NCBI RefSeq assembly: GCF_009914755.1 | Contig: NC_060931.1 | Reading direction: 5' to 3' (one strand) | Length of the DNA stretch: 64,000 bases | Source of the DNA: the human T2T-CHM13v2.0 reference genome, Homo sapiens | Part shown: positions 61,544-64,000 of the stretch, piece after piece | Layout: each line of letters opens with the position of its first letter | Numbering within the stretch: position 1 is the first letter of the stretch | Made by a program: the position numbers and the translations under genes | Notes under the pieces: model-generated | Database searches by the model: none | The model's input: the letters and a program-made list of their open reading frames with translations, nothing else | What the model was told of the DNA's origin: nothing

Positions 61544-62239
61544 TGTATTAGGGTCCTTCAAAGAAACAAAACCAATAGGAGAGGTACATATATCCTTGTG
61601 TGTGTGTGTGTATATATATGTGTGTATGTGTGTGTGTGTGTGTATACACATACACACTTATCTGTTTGTATATATACATATATATACTTATCTGTTTGTG
61701 TATATATCCATATATGTAAGTTTATATATAATTTATATAAAAGGAGATTTTACATATTGTATATCTAAGAGATATCTATATCTTTACATATATAATACAT
61801 ATATATATGGAGATTTATTATGAGGAATAATCACATGATTAGGAGGCTGAGAAGTCCCAGAATCTGCCATCTGCAGACTGAAGAGGCAGGAAAGCCAGTG
61901 GTATAATTCAGTATGAGTCCCAAGACTTGAGAACCAAGGAGACAGTGGCGTGAATCCGAGTCCAAGGGCCAGAGAAGATGACGTGGAGCATCCCCGTTCA
62001 GGCAGGTGGGCAGGGGCAGAAAGGGGTGAATTCTTTCCTCTGCCTTTTGTTCTATTTGAGTCCGCCTCCATGGACTGAAAGATGCCCCAATGGATTGGGG
62101 AAGGCTCTCTGCTTTACTGAGTCCACGAATTCAAATGCTAATCCCATCTAGAAATGCCTTCACACACACACCCCAAAATAATGTTGAATCTGGGCATCCT
62201 GTATCCCACTCAGGTTGACACATTAAGTTAACCATCACT
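61544..62239 (-). mobile_element. ERVL solo LTR (MLT2-like) with internal (TG)/(TA) tract, inserted in L2
   Basis: tgtattagggtccttcaaagaaacaaaaccaatagga...ttgacacattaagttaaccatcac. 5-bp TSD gtttg at 61539-61543 and 62240-62244. Confidence 0.85.
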
Positions 62240-64000
62240 GTTTGCGTATGCCAGGGACAAGTGGATAAATATCCCAGGCTAGGGTATGCTGGCATCATAG
62301 AAGAACATTGGGACGCCCACGTGTCTGGACCAAGCCAGTGTGGAGAAGGGGAGAGATGAGGGCACGCTGGTTACCAGGGCCTTGTGAGCTGTTGTTGGGC
62401 CAGGTCTACTCTGCATGAGAGACCATGCTCTCACAGACGTGGAACCCAGCAGCAGTGAATCTGAAGCATGTTTTTCTAGGACCACCCTGCCTGCCTGCCG
62501 GGCTGAGCATATCAGAGGGTCGAGGAAGGAAGCAGACCAGTTCCAAGGCTGTGCAGTGATTGGGGTGAGGGTGTTTCAGCCGGACAAGACCACCACAGTG
62601 ATGAAAAGTGGTCAGATCCTCGGTGTGTCCTCAAAGTAGAGCCAGTGGGAGTCCCTGACACATTAAACATGCTTCTTTCCAAGTTCTTTAGAATAAAAAT
62701 AGGGGGCTTCTTTTTCAATGAGTGACACAAGTTTCAAACTTCAAAACAGGTTTTTCTTCAGAAGTAAGAATTATAATTTTATTTCCTTATGCATTTCCCG
62801 AATAGGCAAGGGAATTGGAGGCAGCAGCATCACAGAGATAAAATTCGAGTGCATTTTACAACATCAATAATTGAGTAAAGGAGTGTAATAACTTGTGCTG
62901 GAAGAGGGGTAATCAGATGTCATACTTCAGGCCAGGAGATGAGCTCATTTCAGAAATCAGCCAATATTTTGTTTGTTTCTTCTTTTTTATCATCTCTCAA
63001 ACTTCTGGAATACAGACAGAATTCTCATTTGGAAATATTACTGTGTGAAGGTCTTAGTAACATTTCAGTATTTCAACAAGGAAGGCCCCTTAAATAAAGC
63101 TCCAGGTGACTCGTTATAGGGAGAATTCCCCACCAGTAGGCACAGGTGAGCGCTGGTTTTGGAATTGAGCTATTATTTCTTTTCACCTCATTTAACCCTC
63201 CTGGGGCCCCCTCTGTGGCGGATTGTTATTCCCTTGTCAGAGGTAAGGAAACAAAGTTTCTGGTGGCTTAGGCAACGTGCAGAAATGGCATTTAGATTTA
63301 GGTGTGCCGCACTCCGAAAGCCAAGCTAATTTGGCACCATGGTGTGCCTGCTCCTGACCGAAACTTTCTGAGTTCCAGCTCAATGCAATTCAACATCTCG
63401 GTATTGCCACCACACAACCATCTGATCTCAAGCAAGTCACTTACACTTTTCATTTTGACTTTCCAAAGTTTGCTTCTGTGAATTTTCCCCTCTGTTTGAG
63501 ACATGAGGAGATCAATATTTGCCCTGACTTCCTAGCAGAATTATTTTCTGTAAACAAAGTGATGTGCTAGATATGTGAGAAATTTAGAAACAGAGAAATC
63601 AGTATTGGAGAAGAAGAGTCCAGTTAACTTTTAATGAACCATGGCCAGTCTGAGAACAAGAGCTGCCTCAAGGGCTCTCTGAATTTTAATGCAGGACTTT
63701 TTGTTTATGTACTTTCTTGGGGAGAAGTTCCACAGTTTTCCACGTCCTCCAAAAAAGTTTAGCAATTGCCTTGAGCCATCTTGCAATTTCTTTTTTCTTT
63801 CTTCTCCCACCACAAATAGGCTCTGAGGCTCCTCTGTTGCCACTTAATAGCTTAGGGGTCTGTGTGGCTCTCAACAGTGTCTCCCAGCAGAGCAGCTGGA
63901 GTGGCCCCCTTTCCTGCCATCATCCACACAATCTACTCTGAGGATTTCCCTCTTGTGCAGTGCACAGCTGGGCAGCTTGACCAGTGACCCAGAGTCCATT

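Overview
Primate (probably human or hominoid) nuclear DNA, non-coding and dominated by repeats. I found no credible protein-coding exon. The long ORFs are L1 remnants or artefacts of Alu and simple repeats. The main unique landmark is a GC/CA-rich promoter-like region at about 9.5-10.5 kb. It has a minus-strand splice donor (9539/9538), a matching acceptor (8492/8491) and a perfect 3x69-bp G-rich VNTR in the putative first intron; I cannot name the gene. Mobile elements include a full-length but disabled L1PA7/8-like element (15032-21491), several truncated or 5'-inverted L1s, about 11 Alus, MER1A/MER1B, Tigger1, MADE1, Tc2-like elements, solo LTRs, L2 and MIR. The most unusual items are insertion and repair scars: a 160-bp mitochondrial ND6 NUMT inside an old L1, a tailless 5S rRNA retrocopy with TSD, a 5'-inverted AluY, a 5'-inverted L1 whose 3' junction (~255 bp) is repeated at its 5' side, a mini-L1 with a 13-nt 3' transduction, and an antisense ORF0-like frame carrying a perfect splice donor aimed at the minus-strand acceptor. 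I see no convincing wholly new biological system. Subfamily names come from recalled consensus sequences, not from a database search.
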